From the IMG/VR virus record IMGVR_UViG_3300032007_000014: a DNA stretch of 64,000 nucleotides; one strand, given 5' to 3'. The notes under the pieces were generated by a model. It did no database searches and had not been told where the DNA came from. It worked only from the letters and a program-made list of their open reading frames with translations. The position numbers and the translations under genes were made by a program. Shown here piece by piece: positions 1-9,708 of the stretch. This DNA comes from a virus. Taxonomy: Duplodnaviria > Caudoviricetes. Each line of letters begins with the position of its first letter. Positions within the stretch are counted from its first letter, which is position 1.

Positions 1-339
1 CTCGCGGATATTCGACCACAGTCCTTCGATTGCGGCATCCGCGGATGCGAGTGCGTTCGCATGTTCAGCATCCAATTTTTCGATGAGATTCTTCTTGAAG
101 ATATGGAGATCATACGATCCCATATTTTTCCAATCAACAGGTTCACCAATCAGACTTTCAAGTCCGTGGTTACTCCCATCGAGGGATTCAAGCAGAACCT
201 TATCACAACCGAGCTCGCTGAGTGCCTTCTTTGCAGCAAGCAAATTCCCATCGATCACTCTGGAATGTTCCAAGCTCTCGATATGTCCTTGCCAGGCTGT
301 CTCACAAGCATCGCATCTGTTGATGAAAAGATCGATCAT
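1..339 (-). CDS. 5' part of a probable virion head protein (runs off the window)
   Basis: Not in the ORF track. ATG at 339 follows an AGGAG RBS and the frame is open to base 1 (MIDLFINRCDACETAWQGHIESLEH...). It has several S/A/G-x-E motifs (GLE, AIE) typical of protease-processed phiKZ head proteins. Confidence 0.6.
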   Translation of the reverse strand, partial: MIDLFINRCDACETAWQGHIESLEHSRVIDGNLLAAKKALSELGCDKVLLESLDGSNHGLESLIGEPVDWKNMGSYDLHIFKKNLIEKLDAEHANALASADAAIEGLWSNIRE

Positions 340-471
340 TGTGTTATCTCCTGATGTGGTTTCACAAAAAAATAATGGTTCAAATAATGTTCTCAGGAAT
401 CCGCTTTAATAGAACACAACGTTTCACTTGTGTAATGTATACACGAATTCCTGATGAACATTTGGAGATCA

Positions 472-2538
472 TTACGATCTCACTTCAACCGGAACACCAT
501 AGATAACACGATAAATGCCATCAACGTAGTTGAGGAATTCCATCAACACTGTTGTTCCGACTCGGTTGACAGAGGTATTCATTGCAAAATGCTCTGCATA
601 ACTGTTGACTGCAATCTGAGTTGTGATCTCATTTCCAGTCGCTATATCGCGGAGTATGAAATGCGATGGAGCGGGTGCTTGTGTCACTGCTTCTGCATCT
701 GAATTGAATGCAGGAGGTTCTCCATTCCTGTAGAAGTTCTCGATGAATGTCGCGACAGTTGGGAACGTTGTCACATCGATGTAATACGTACCGGTGTTAC
801 TTGCATAACGAATAATCGGTCTCGAATACGGTGCAGCATTGTTTCCATACACACGTCCAGCGTATGCACCACCTGAAACAGCAGTGAAGTTCGATGCTGA
901 ATCAGCGAGTAAGAATGGAACAGCGTTGTTTCGATCTCTCAGACGAATGGCAACTGTCTGATAATAGATCGATGTGTTTCCATTCTCATCGACAGGAACT
1001 GTTGTTGCAATCGTGAACGCCTGGAGTGCAGAGAAGTTCGTTCCATCGAAAGAGTTCTGATCGATACGAACATCTGTCAGAGGACCATCTGGTCTTGCTT
1101 GATAGATGTTGTAAGGATAGTACACAAGCTTGTACTTATTCTCCGTCGTATCCCAGATAGGAATAACGGAGATCTTCGCCATGGAGTTGATCTCTTGATC
1201 GATGATGCGGATAGTCTTCTCACGATAAAGATATCCAAGACGAGAAGTGTTGCTGTGTCTCGTCCAGTTGATGTTTCTGTTCTTGGCTGGGAAGTATTTG
1301 AACAGAACTCTGAACTCACGTCCAGCAATTGTACTGTCAATGTCTTCCAGTCCATACACGAAACAACACTGGTTGTCGATAGGAACTGCTTCCGTTGTTC
1401 CATCAGCATACACCAGCTTTGGTGTGATGGACAGAGTGGACGGAAGATATCCCTTTCTCAGAACCCAAATATCAGAGTCAAGGGGACTGTTGTTCAGATC
1501 GATGTCAAAATCAACAATCGCAGTTGCTGAGATATCCATGTCTTCAATGACATGAGATTTGTGAGCAATGAGTTCGATAGACAGAATCTTGTTGTGAACA
1601 TCTCTGTTGCTCAGATCAGTCACAGTTTCGAACACTTCCAGTTGGATAACTTCACCATCTGTAAGTGTCACATCAGGTGCTGCAAAACACAGATCTCCTT
1701 TCAAGACATAACGAATTGTCGTGTCTTCAGGGAGAACGTAGACAACATCTCCAACAGAGATGTTGTTTGCATCTGCAACAAATTCCAGACGTTCTGCAAT
1801 CACTTCGCCGTTCTCAACACGATTGGTGACGACTTGAACTGTCTTTCCAATGATGTTGCTCTTGTTCTCAGCAGTGACCACAAATTTCTCTGCAAGGACG
1901 GACACAATCGGGATAGCAGAACCTGTCTGTGCGGATCCACTGTTGACACGGCTGATAACCGTCCTGTTTCCTTCTGTATCAGTTCTTACGAGCTGATAAT
2001 ACGAAGGATGTTTTCCGTAGAAAACAAGTTTTCGATCAAGCTTCAGAAGTGTTTCGGTTGTGTTGGCGTCGATGTTCCTCACGTCGTAATACAACATGTA
2101 AACATCATTCCCGTATCCGACAATTCGGTTCGGTGCATCGTCATCGTTGTCAACCAATCTGATTGGTCGAAGAGTTGTCTTCAGTGTATCAGGATCAACA
2201 CTGTGAACAACGTAGAGGACGTAGACACCGTTACCGATAGTATCATCGACAACGAGAGAATTGACACCAGGAACAACCTTTCCTGATTGTTCAGATGGAC
2301 CATCACCTTCCACGTAGTAGGTATTCAGTGGGATTTGTGCTCCCACTGTAACCGTTGCTTCATGATAGGTGACAAGAACACCACTTCCCTCCCTTGTGTA
2401 ATAAGTCACACCAGGTTGGAAAGTGGTATCTGAAGTCAGGATGAAATCACTATCTGGGTCATAGATACTCGATCGTTTGTACACATCCGGAGCAAGATCT
2501 CCGAATAGTAACAAATCGTTTTTGAGATAATCACCCAT
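472..2538 (-). CDS. Virion structural/baseplate protein (phiKZ gp26-like by synteny)
   Basis: 688 aa, beta-rich; last of three overlapping genes divergent from the sheath/tube pair, as in phiKZ-like phages. Confidence 0.6.
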   Translation of the reverse strand: MGDYLKNDLLLFGDLAPDVYKRSSIYDPDSDFILTSDTTFQPGVTYYTREGSGVLVTYHEATVTVGAQIPLNTYYVEGDGPSEQSGKVVPGVNSLVVDDTIGNGVYVLYVVHSVDPDTLKTTLRPIRLVDNDDDAPNRIVGYGNDVYMLYYDVRNIDANTTETLLKLDRKLVFYGKHPSYYQLVRTDTEGNRTVISRVNSGSAQTGSAIPIVSVLAEKFVVTAENKSNIIGKTVQVVTNRVENGEVIAERLEFVADANNISVGDVVYVLPEDTTIRYVLKGDLCFAAPDVTLTDGEVIQLEVFETVTDLSNRDVHNKILSIELIAHKSHVIEDMDISATAIVDFDIDLNNSPLDSDIWVLRKGYLPSTLSITPKLVYADGTTEAVPIDNQCCFVYGLEDIDSTIAGREFRVLFKYFPAKNRNINWTRHSNTSRLGYLYREKTIRIIDQEINSMAKISVIPIWDTTENKYKLVYYPYNIYQARPDGPLTDVRIDQNSFDGTNFSALQAFTIATTVPVDENGNTSIYYQTVAIRLRDRNNAVPFLLADSASNFTAVSGGAYAGRVYGNNAAPYSRPIIRYASNTGTYYIDVTTFPTVATFIENFYRNGEPPAFNSDAEAVTQAPAPSHFILRDIATGNEITTQIAVNSYAEHFAMNTSVNRVGTTVLMEFLNYVDGIYRVIYGVPVEVRS

Positions 2539-5401
2539 TGATCACATCCTTGTGTTGAATTGAATCAGTTGGAAGAAGCATCTTGAACAGATACTTCAGT
2601 TTCTTGTACAAGAGTTTGTTCTTCGACCTGAACCTATGATACATCGGATAAATATCCAAGTATCTGAGATCTTGTCTCATGTAAGCAGCGTCGATCTCTT
2701 TGAGCCAAGCATATGCTCTGAATTGATATTCGAAGACTTCAGGATCTTCGTACATCTCAAAATCAAAGCTGTTGTTTGGATCCACTGTATCTCTCACAAT
2801 ACTGTTCAGGTATGTTGAGAAGATGGCGTGCGAATATGGGATCACGATACGTTGTTTCGGATCCTCATTTGCTCCAACAAAATAGGCTCTCAGTCGAGTC
2901 AACCTGTCAAGATCATTGTCATTCCTGTATTTCTCAATGATATCGATCGCTGTGCTTGGAATGATAGAACGCTGTAAATAGCATGCTCCATTCCTGTGAC
3001 CAATCGATCGAATAAAGAGTTGTCCAAAGAATGACTCGAAATCACTGATGGTTTTTCCATCAACAACCAACAGGCTGAGGTTGTCGAACCAGAACGGACT
3101 TTCACCAGCACTTGCGACCTGGTTTCCAGATACGTATCCCTTCTGTATTCCTCTCGTGGTAGCTCTCACAGCATAGATCTCAATTCGATTTGTCTTCTCC
3201 AACCAAATCAGATTCTGGAGAACAACCTCTCGTTTGATGAGGTTTCCAGATGTTTTGGATTCGAATACAACAAAATCAAGATTCTCTGTGAGTTGTCTTC
3301 CATTCAAGAACACGAGTATTGTGCAATCCCCAAGAATCGGAAATTCATCCTCATCTTCTTCAAGAGATGCCATGATCGGACCAGAGGAGATGGCTCTCCA
3401 ACTATCCTCACTGACTTCCCAAGCATCATCGTAGAACACCTTGAAGATACCTCTGTTTTCAGTAAGCATCAAAGTTGATCCAATCAGACTCTCTGAAAGT
3501 GTAAGAACATTTGTGTTGGGATTCCATGTACCTGGATTGGAAAGGTATTTGTAACTATACAGATCGGTTGATTCAACACCGTTTGCATCTTTCGCTCTCG
3601 CGCCTGTGTTCCGTTTATAAACCATGTAGTTCTCATCAGTGAACTCAACATCACGATTGTGATAGGTGTAGTACACTGGATCACTTGGAATGGTTTCTCC
3701 AACAGTCACTATTGCGGGTTGATATGACACGTTACCGAATCTGTCAGTTGACGATGTAAAATAAGCTGTATCCTCTTCAAACACACCTGTTGCTTCTTGA
3801 TAACCGTGAATCTCTCTGATCTCTTGACAGATGATCGGTTTCTCAAATACTTCAATTGCAACGATATCACCTTCGTTCAACTTAACAGAATCATCAAGAA
3901 GAACAGAGAATGTCTTTGCATCTTTCAGTACGGACAGTTGTGCATACAGCTTGTTATCCCATTCTTTTCCAATGACAGTCTGAGTGATCTCGATGTTATC
4001 ACCTGAAGCTGACTCATTTGCGAGATTCGTGACAAGACTGTCATCCAACTTGATTCCATTCAGATACACAATTGGGAACATATCCGCAGCATTGTATTCT
4101 GCAAGTACAGTTGGAATGGGAACTGTGAAGGTGTGCAATTTCTTGGATCCAACCTTGTAGTGGATCACACGATGACAGATCAACTGAATGGTGTTGTAGT
4201 AACCGAGTACATCGACGTAATAACCGATGTCTCTGGATTCTCTGGTTCCAGTTGTATCCATCAATGCATGTGCATAGATGCTGTCTTCAAGATGATCGGC
4301 TTTCCAGAATTCGAACTGGACTGCGTGTGTTCCAGTTAGGAATTTCAGAATGGTTTCGTCATCATGCACATACAAGAGATCTGTGTAATTCACATCTCTC
4401 ACAAGACCAAGTTTCTTACCATGTGTTCTGATGAACACATGTATTTCGTAGGAATCACTTGGTATATCTGCAGCAACGTACCCTATCAGGGAATCATTGA
4501 CAGAAAAGTCATTGTGAGTGAGTTGGATGAATTGATCTTCTCTCAAACACTTGTGAACAAAGAGACCTGATCTTACTGGTTCCATAACGGATGTACCAGT
4601 GGATTTTGGAATCACAAAGATATCACAAGTATTGTGTGTGATCAGTGTGTTGTATGGGTTGTATTCACGTGGAACATGAATGATCGTTCTTGTAGTCGAG
4701 TTATCCGACGTGTACGTCAAGTCTCGTTTGTTTTGCATGTCGATCACAAGCTTGGAGACTACATTGTTGTCAACGATGGCTTCAACATAGTCATTCATCT
4801 GAAGATCGGATGCTTTTGCAACGACAGAGTACTTCCCATTGATGAACACCATGGTTGCGTTCTTACAGGAAGTATAAGCAAGAGCTCTTGTGTTAGGACT
4901 TGAAATCTTGACGTACGAACAAGTGACACTCTGTTCCATATCACTATCGTGATACTTGGTGAAGTAGACACTTGCTGGACTGTAGGACTTCCCACAGCAT
5001 TTCTTGAACATGTCACGACGCACTGCAATCAGCAGTGCGTTGTTGACAACACCAGCTCGCATGTAGATGCCTTCTCTCCAGAGCCAAATCCCTGAATGAG
5101 TATACATCTGAAAAGTCAACAGATTGTCTTTGTTGTAATCAGACAGTTTCACCCAATCAGTTACATTCAGTCTGAAAGGAGCAATCTCTTCCAACGCCAC
5201 AGAATACACGAAGTACAGATCAGATGGAGTTGGCATATCTATCTGCGCATATCGTGGAGTGTAAGTACCACAAACGGCTCTTGCTGTCAAGAGCCGTGGT
5301 GCTACGTTGGTGCGATACTCTTTGTAAGGTTCATTCCAAATTCTATCAAACAAGTGCTTTTCCAAGTAATCACAGACACGTTGTTCTGTGGCAATACTCA
5401 T
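2531..5401 (-). CDS. Virion structural/baseplate protein (phiKZ gp27-like)
   Basis: 956 aa, overlaps both neighbours; N-terminal IWNEP motif and position next to the sheath gene. Confidence 0.6.
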   Translation of the reverse strand: MSIATEQRVCDYLEKHLFDRIWNEPYKEYRTNVAPRLLTARAVCGTYTPRYAQIDMPTPSDLYFVYSVALEEIAPFRLNVTDWVKLSDYNKDNLLTFQMYTHSGIWLWREGIYMRAGVVNNALLIAVRRDMFKKCCGKSYSPASVYFTKYHDSDMEQSVTCSYVKISSPNTRALAYTSCKNATMVFINGKYSVVAKASDLQMNDYVEAIVDNNVVSKLVIDMQNKRDLTYTSDNSTTRTIIHVPREYNPYNTLITHNTCDIFVIPKSTGTSVMEPVRSGLFVHKCLREDQFIQLTHNDFSVNDSLIGYVAADIPSDSYEIHVFIRTHGKKLGLVRDVNYTDLLYVHDDETILKFLTGTHAVQFEFWKADHLEDSIYAHALMDTTGTRESRDIGYYVDVLGYYNTIQLICHRVIHYKVGSKKLHTFTVPIPTVLAEYNAADMFPIVYLNGIKLDDSLVTNLANESASGDNIEITQTVIGKEWDNKLYAQLSVLKDAKTFSVLLDDSVKLNEGDIVAIEVFEKPIICQEIREIHGYQEATGVFEEDTAYFTSSTDRFGNVSYQPAIVTVGETIPSDPVYYTYHNRDVEFTDENYMVYKRNTGARAKDANGVESTDLYSYKYLSNPGTWNPNTNVLTLSESLIGSTLMLTENRGIFKVFYDDAWEVSEDSWRAISSGPIMASLEEDEDEFPILGDCTILVFLNGRQLTENLDFVVFESKTSGNLIKREVVLQNLIWLEKTNRIEIYAVRATTRGIQKGYVSGNQVASAGESPFWFDNLSLLVVDGKTISDFESFFGQLFIRSIGHRNGACYLQRSIIPSTAIDIIEKYRNDNDLDRLTRLRAYFVGANEDPKQRIVIPYSHAIFSTYLNSIVRDTVDPNNSFDFEMYEDPEVFEYQFRAYAWLKEIDAAYMRQDLRYLDIYPMYHRFRSKNKLLYKKLKYLFKMLLPTDSIQHKDVING

Positions 5402-6432
5402 CTGCTGATCCTGTCAATGAAGAGTTTGGATGCAACAAGTTCATTGGCGAACATGATGATTTTCTTCTTCATGTCGGTGAACTTGATAAGATTGGAGATG
5501 TTTGGGTTCTTGGAACCCTGGCTATTTGCAAGCAACTGGTACACCCAGTACGGAGGATAATCCAGTGCGATCATCATCGCTTGACTGTCGATCGATCCTC
5601 TGCTCATCGTCACGTAGAGCTGTTTGCTTGTGAGAGTCTTCATACGAGAAGGACCACAAGTTGCAAGAAGTTTGCAAACGATATCCAGTGACAGAACCCA
5701 ACCATTGTTGAGTTTCAGACGTTCATCTTTGAAGATGTTCAGTCTCTCAACGATCTCCGATCCTGTACCAAGGAAGGTACAACGATACATGAGAGGAGGA
5801 ACTTCCAGTGGTTGATCTTCCTGTCCAAGTAGTTGCGCATAATACGCCGCGATGAGAGTATGAACAAGACGGAACTCATCATAACCCAGATTGAAGATGC
5901 TGCGAAGATGCACAGCGATCATCGTGGAATAGGATTCGATCACAAATGCACAGAGGTTTGGAGTGAGCCAACCATCCATGTCATTGTAACTTGCGCAAAG
6001 CATTCCTCGCGAAACAAGTGCGCAAAGTCTGGGAATATCCGTGATCTGCATAGAACTATTATATGCATCACGTTTGCCTAGAATAGGTGAAAGATTCACC
6101 CAAATATTCTGGTATTCCGCTGGAATGTTCTTGGAAATGTATTTTCCATCGACTGTGATGTCATTGAGTGTCAACAATTCAGGAACCGTATCACGTGATG
6201 CAGAGCAATCTGCAAACGTGAACATTCCCAATTTGTCCGCTTCAACGACACGCTGGTAGATGTCTGAAAAAGAGGTCTTGACATGAAGACGAATGTTCTT
6301 CAAAAAGTCGAGCTCCTGCTTTCCAAACACAACACCGGGGTTCTTCACGAAGTACGCTGCCGCGCCTATGGCACTGCCGCGTATATCAAGTGCTGCCCCG
6401 TATGGAGTATCGGCAATTGAGGGTTTCATCAT
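5398..6432 (-). CDS. Virion protein (phiKZ gp28-like)
   Basis: 344 aa with RBS, directly divergent from the tail sheath gene. Confidence 0.55.
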   Translation of the reverse strand: MMKPSIADTPYGAALDIRGSAIGAAAYFVKNPGVVFGKQELDFLKNIRLHVKTSFSDIYQRVVEADKLGMFTFADCSASRDTVPELLTLNDITVDGKYISKNIPAEYQNIWVNLSPILGKRDAYNSSMQITDIPRLCALVSRGMLCASYNDMDGWLTPNLCAFVIESYSTMIAVHLRSIFNLGYDEFRLVHTLIAAYYAQLLGQEDQPLEVPPLMYRCTFLGTGSEIVERLNIFKDERLKLNNGWVLSLDIVCKLLATCGPSRMKTLTSKQLYVTMSRGSIDSQAMMIALDYPPYWVYQLLANSQGSKNPNISNLIKFTDMKKKIIMFANELVASKLFIDRISR

Positions 6433-6521
6433 ATTAACCTTTCAGGGTAAAGAACTTTATTGCTCTATGGGTTAAAAGACCTATAGAATTGTCCGTTAAC
6501 AAACTTTTGGGAGATTTTGAC

Positions 6522-8729
6522 ATGTCAGGAATGGTTGCTCCTTATCCGCATGTAGAAATCGACGTTGAAGACAAGTCGATCTACATTCCGGTAAACGAAG
6601 ACATTCTCCCGCTTCATCGTCCCTTGTACATCATGCGTACTCAAAAGGGACCGGTTGGGGTTCCAGTTTGGTGCGAATCCTATACCAAAGCGAAGAAGGT
6701 CTTTGGCGCCGACACATTCAATCAGAGAAGCAAATACTTCTCTCCGTCTTCCTACTTCCTCCTTCAGCAGATGCAAGCCAACGGCGCGTTCATCATGCGT
6801 GCCGCTGACACCAACGCAGCGTCCGCCCGTCTGTTCGTTGAACTCGGACTCAAGAAAGTCACTTCTGTTCCGCAGTTCCAGCGCGACATGTACGGCAAAT
6901 TCGTCTATGATGACGAAGGCAAGAAGATTCCGCTGACCAGCGAAACCGCAATTCCTGGTTATCAGCTGATCTGGCGCGCCGTTGAGACGCCTGCTGGCAA
7001 CAACGACATCGATCCCGGCGCTTGGGAAGATCTCGCTCCGAAGCAAGATGCAACGGATTCGAATCTGACCTGGTATCCGATGTTCACATTCGTCGCCACG
7101 AACGGTGGTGAATGGGGTAACGCATTCGGATTCAAGCTCTGCTACAGCAACAAGGACAACAGCGGCGACTTCATCGTCCGCAACGGTTCCGTTGCTTATC
7201 AGATCGCTCCGGTCGAACTGGAAGCAGGAAACAGCACACCCACTGTCATTTATGACAAGTACAACAACCCCTCGGTCAACGGCGTTGTGAAACCCGACAC
7301 CATCGATTCCATCACCGAGACCGAAATCAGCTTCAACAAGAAGATCGCCGATGCTTACAGCGATGGTTACGAACTCCCGCTGCAGATCTACTACTACAGC
7401 GACAGCTTCAAGACCGTCGGCGAGAAACTGATGGAAGCTGAAATCGATGCCAAAGAAGCGATCAACACGCTGTATGGCAGCATTGTCGATATCGATGACG
7501 AAGCAGGTGCCGATGGCAACATCACCACATTCGTGGAAGACCTCTTCGGAACGATCCTGGCAGACGATGCATCCGCCGATGACATTGCCGCAATCAAGGC
7601 GATGATCACTGATACGGAAGCCGTACGTGGATTCATGGCCAACGTCATGACCTGCGTCGATCGCAACAAACGTGCATATTTCGCATCTGCGGTGGTGGCC
7701 ACCGATGAGACGACAGTCGAAGGTGCAATCGACATGGACAGTGATGCAACTCACTACATGCTCGGCGGTACCGATGGCAATTACACCGACAACTACATCG
7801 AAGAGTACACCCGCAAGTACCTGACCGCGGCCGCGAACAACAACCACGAGTACCTGATCGACTACTTCCGCATGCCCTTCAACTGTGTTATCGACACTGG
7901 CTGGAGTCTTGCCACGAAGAAAGCCTATCTGGAATTCATGGATGTCCGCGACGACCTCAAGGTCTATCTCGGAACCCAGCAGAGCTGGATGCAGGTTCAG
8001 GCCAATAAACTCATCATTCCGCCGGTCAACAGCCGTTACGAGGATGAGTCCATCGGCGCCTCTCTGCGTACCTATGCGTGGCTGATGCGTGAAAGCATCG
8101 CCAAGGGAACCGAGTGCTGCCGTTGCACGATCTTCCTGCATGCTGGCAAGACTGCCGATTACGATCGCTGGCTGCCTGGCACGCTGTGGATCGCCAAGAA
8201 ACTGGCAGAGTACTGCAACCGCGACTTCATGAACAAGGAACCCAAAGAACTGCCCAACAGCGCTGTCGAGTGCTGGAAGGAACTGAGCTGGGTTGCTTCT
8301 TCTGAAGACACCAAGTCCCGCAACTGGAATGCTGGTCTGAACTACGTTCAGTACTACAGCATGACCGGTCTCCATTACGCGTCAGTGCGTTCGGTCTACA
8401 AGTACGACACCAGCGTGCTCGTCGACGACATGTTCGTCAACGCCATCACCTGGATGAAGCACATTGTCCGTCGCAGCTGGGCACGCTTTGCAGGTGCCAC
8501 GCGTCCCGTTGCCGAACTGCAGCAGGCGATCACGGAAGACCTGACCTCCCGTCTGGCCTACATGATCAACGGCAAGTACGAATTCACCGTCGATGTCTAT
8601 CAGACGGATGAAGACAAGAAACTCGGATTCGTGCAGCATGTCGATATCACGGTCACCTCGCCGGCAACCAACCGCGTCTGGCTCGTGAACATCATCTGCA
8701 AGCGCGAAGGCTTCGAGCCCGAAGAATAA
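6522..8729 (+). CDS. Contractile tail sheath protein (phiKZ gp29-like)
   Basis: ATG at 6522 after GGGAG. Motifs QKGPVG, FGADTF...SKYF, LGGTDG, DTGWSLATK; C-ending codon bias of a highly expressed gene; followed by the tube gene. Confidence 0.88.
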   Translation: MSGMVAPYPHVEIDVEDKSIYIPVNEDILPLHRPLYIMRTQKGPVGVPVWCESYTKAKKVFGADTFNQRSKYFSPSSYFLLQQMQANGAFIMRAADTNAASARLFVELGLKKVTSVPQFQRDMYGKFVYDDEGKKIPLTSETAIPGYQLIWRAVETPAGNNDIDPGAWEDLAPKQDATDSNLTWYPMFTFVATNGGEWGNAFGFKLCYSNKDNSGDFIVRNGSVAYQIAPVELEAGNSTPTVIYDKYNNPSVNGVVKPDTIDSITETEISFNKKIADAYSDGYELPLQIYYYSDSFKTVGEKLMEAEIDAKEAINTLYGSIVDIDDEAGADGNITTFVEDLFGTILADDASADDIAAIKAMITDTEAVRGFMANVMTCVDRNKRAYFASAVVATDETTVEGAIDMDSDATHYMLGGTDGNYTDNYIEEYTRKYLTAAANNNHEYLIDYFRMPFNCVIDTGWSLATKKAYLEFMDVRDDLKVYLGTQQSWMQVQANKLIIPPVNSRYEDESIGASLRTYAWLMRESIAKGTECCRCTIFLHAGKTADYDRWLPGTLWIAKKLAEYCNRDFMNKEPKELPNSAVECWKELSWVASSEDTKSRNWNAGLNYVQYYSMTGLHYASVRSVYKYDTSVLVDDMFVNAITWMKHIVRRSWARFAGATRPVAELQQAITEDLTSRLAYMINGKYEFTVDVYQTDEDKKLGFVQHVDITVTSPATNRVWLVNIICKREGFEPEE

Positions 8730-8742
8730 GGAGTAAGTCACA

Positions 8743-9624
8743 ATGGCTAACGAAAATTTTCTTCGTAACAAGTCCGAATTCGGTGCCGGTGAAGGTACCG
8801 TTGCGAACCTGCTTCAGGGCGCACAGCTCGGACTCGGCTTCAAGGCCGGTGCATTTGATGCTGCAACTCCTCTTGCGTTCCCGCCTGCTGTCATCGTGGT
8901 GATGCAGACTCCTTCTATGTACAAGGACCTGCCTGTGCTGGCTCAGACCATCAAGGCCATGTTCGAGTGCCATGCGAAGAGCGTCACCGGTATCGACGTC
9001 AGCTACACTGTCGAATCCTCCGGTCAGCCGGTTGGACACGACGGTCAGGAACTCGTCGTCCCCACCAAGACCAAACGTACTGCACCTTCTCCCACCTTTG
9101 TGTGGCCTGAAGTTCTCGGCAACCTGGTCTGGAACATCATCAAGCGCTGGTGCTGGGATATGAACGATCCCGACACGAACGCCGGCATGGAATTCCTGGA
9201 CAATCCGGATCCGTACACTCTGTCGAGCTATGCTCTGTCCTTCATGAGCATTCAGTTTGACCAGACCATGATTCCGGATCGCATCATCGATGGTGCCTTC
9301 TTCACCAACGTGTTCCCGCAAGGAACCAACGAATTGGGTATGAAGCGTGAAATCGGTCAGACTGCTGTTCAGGAGCGTTCGATCACCTTCAACGCGTATC
9401 AGATCCACAACAACAAGACCCGCGAGATTGCGATTGCGCTGGCCACTGAAATGAGCCTCCGCAACAACAATTACATCAGCGCTGCTCCGAAAGCGAGCAA
9501 GGTTGATGGCCTGATCAAGGACAACGGTCTGATTGAAGATCTGAAGAACCTGCAGGCTGATTCGGCCATCGCCGCATCTGATGACACTGGAGCCAACTGG
9601 AGCAAGACTGCACCGACGGCATAA
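8743..9624 (+). CDS. Tail tube protein (phiKZ gp30-like)
   Basis: 293 aa right after the sheath gene, AAGGAG RBS, same codon bias; ECHAKSVTGID and WPEVLGNLVW segments. Confidence 0.82.
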   Translation: MANENFLRNKSEFGAGEGTVANLLQGAQLGLGFKAGAFDAATPLAFPPAVIVVMQTPSMYKDLPVLAQTIKAMFECHAKSVTGIDVSYTVESSGQPVGHDGQELVVPTKTKRTAPSPTFVWPEVLGNLVWNIIKRWCWDMNDPDTNAGMEFLDNPDPYTLSSYALSFMSIQFDQTMIPDRIIDGAFFTNVFPQGTNELGMKREIGQTAVQERSITFNAYQIHNNKTREIAIALATEMSLRNNNYISAAPKASKVDGLIKDNGLIEDLKNLQADSAIAASDDTGANWSKTAPTA

Positions 9625-9656
9625 GTCGAATCGGAATATATCGAACAAAAGGAATA

Positions 9657-9690
9657 CATCACCATCCAGGAGTACTCCTGGATGGTGATG
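9657..9690. terminator. Bidirectional terminator (perfect 34-bp palindrome)
   Basis: catcaccatccaggagt|actcctggatggtgatg between convergent genes, with A-rich left and T-rich right flanks. Confidence 0.8.
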
Positions 9691-9708
9691 ATCCTTATCT
9701 TTTGTTTA

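Noticed and set aside
6525-9648. Long minus-strand ORFs (616 aa, 318 aa) opposite the sheath and tube genes
   Set aside because: Antisense shadows caused by the strong codon bias of highly expressed genes; no recognisable motifs. The same applies to 60695-61690 and similar ORFs.
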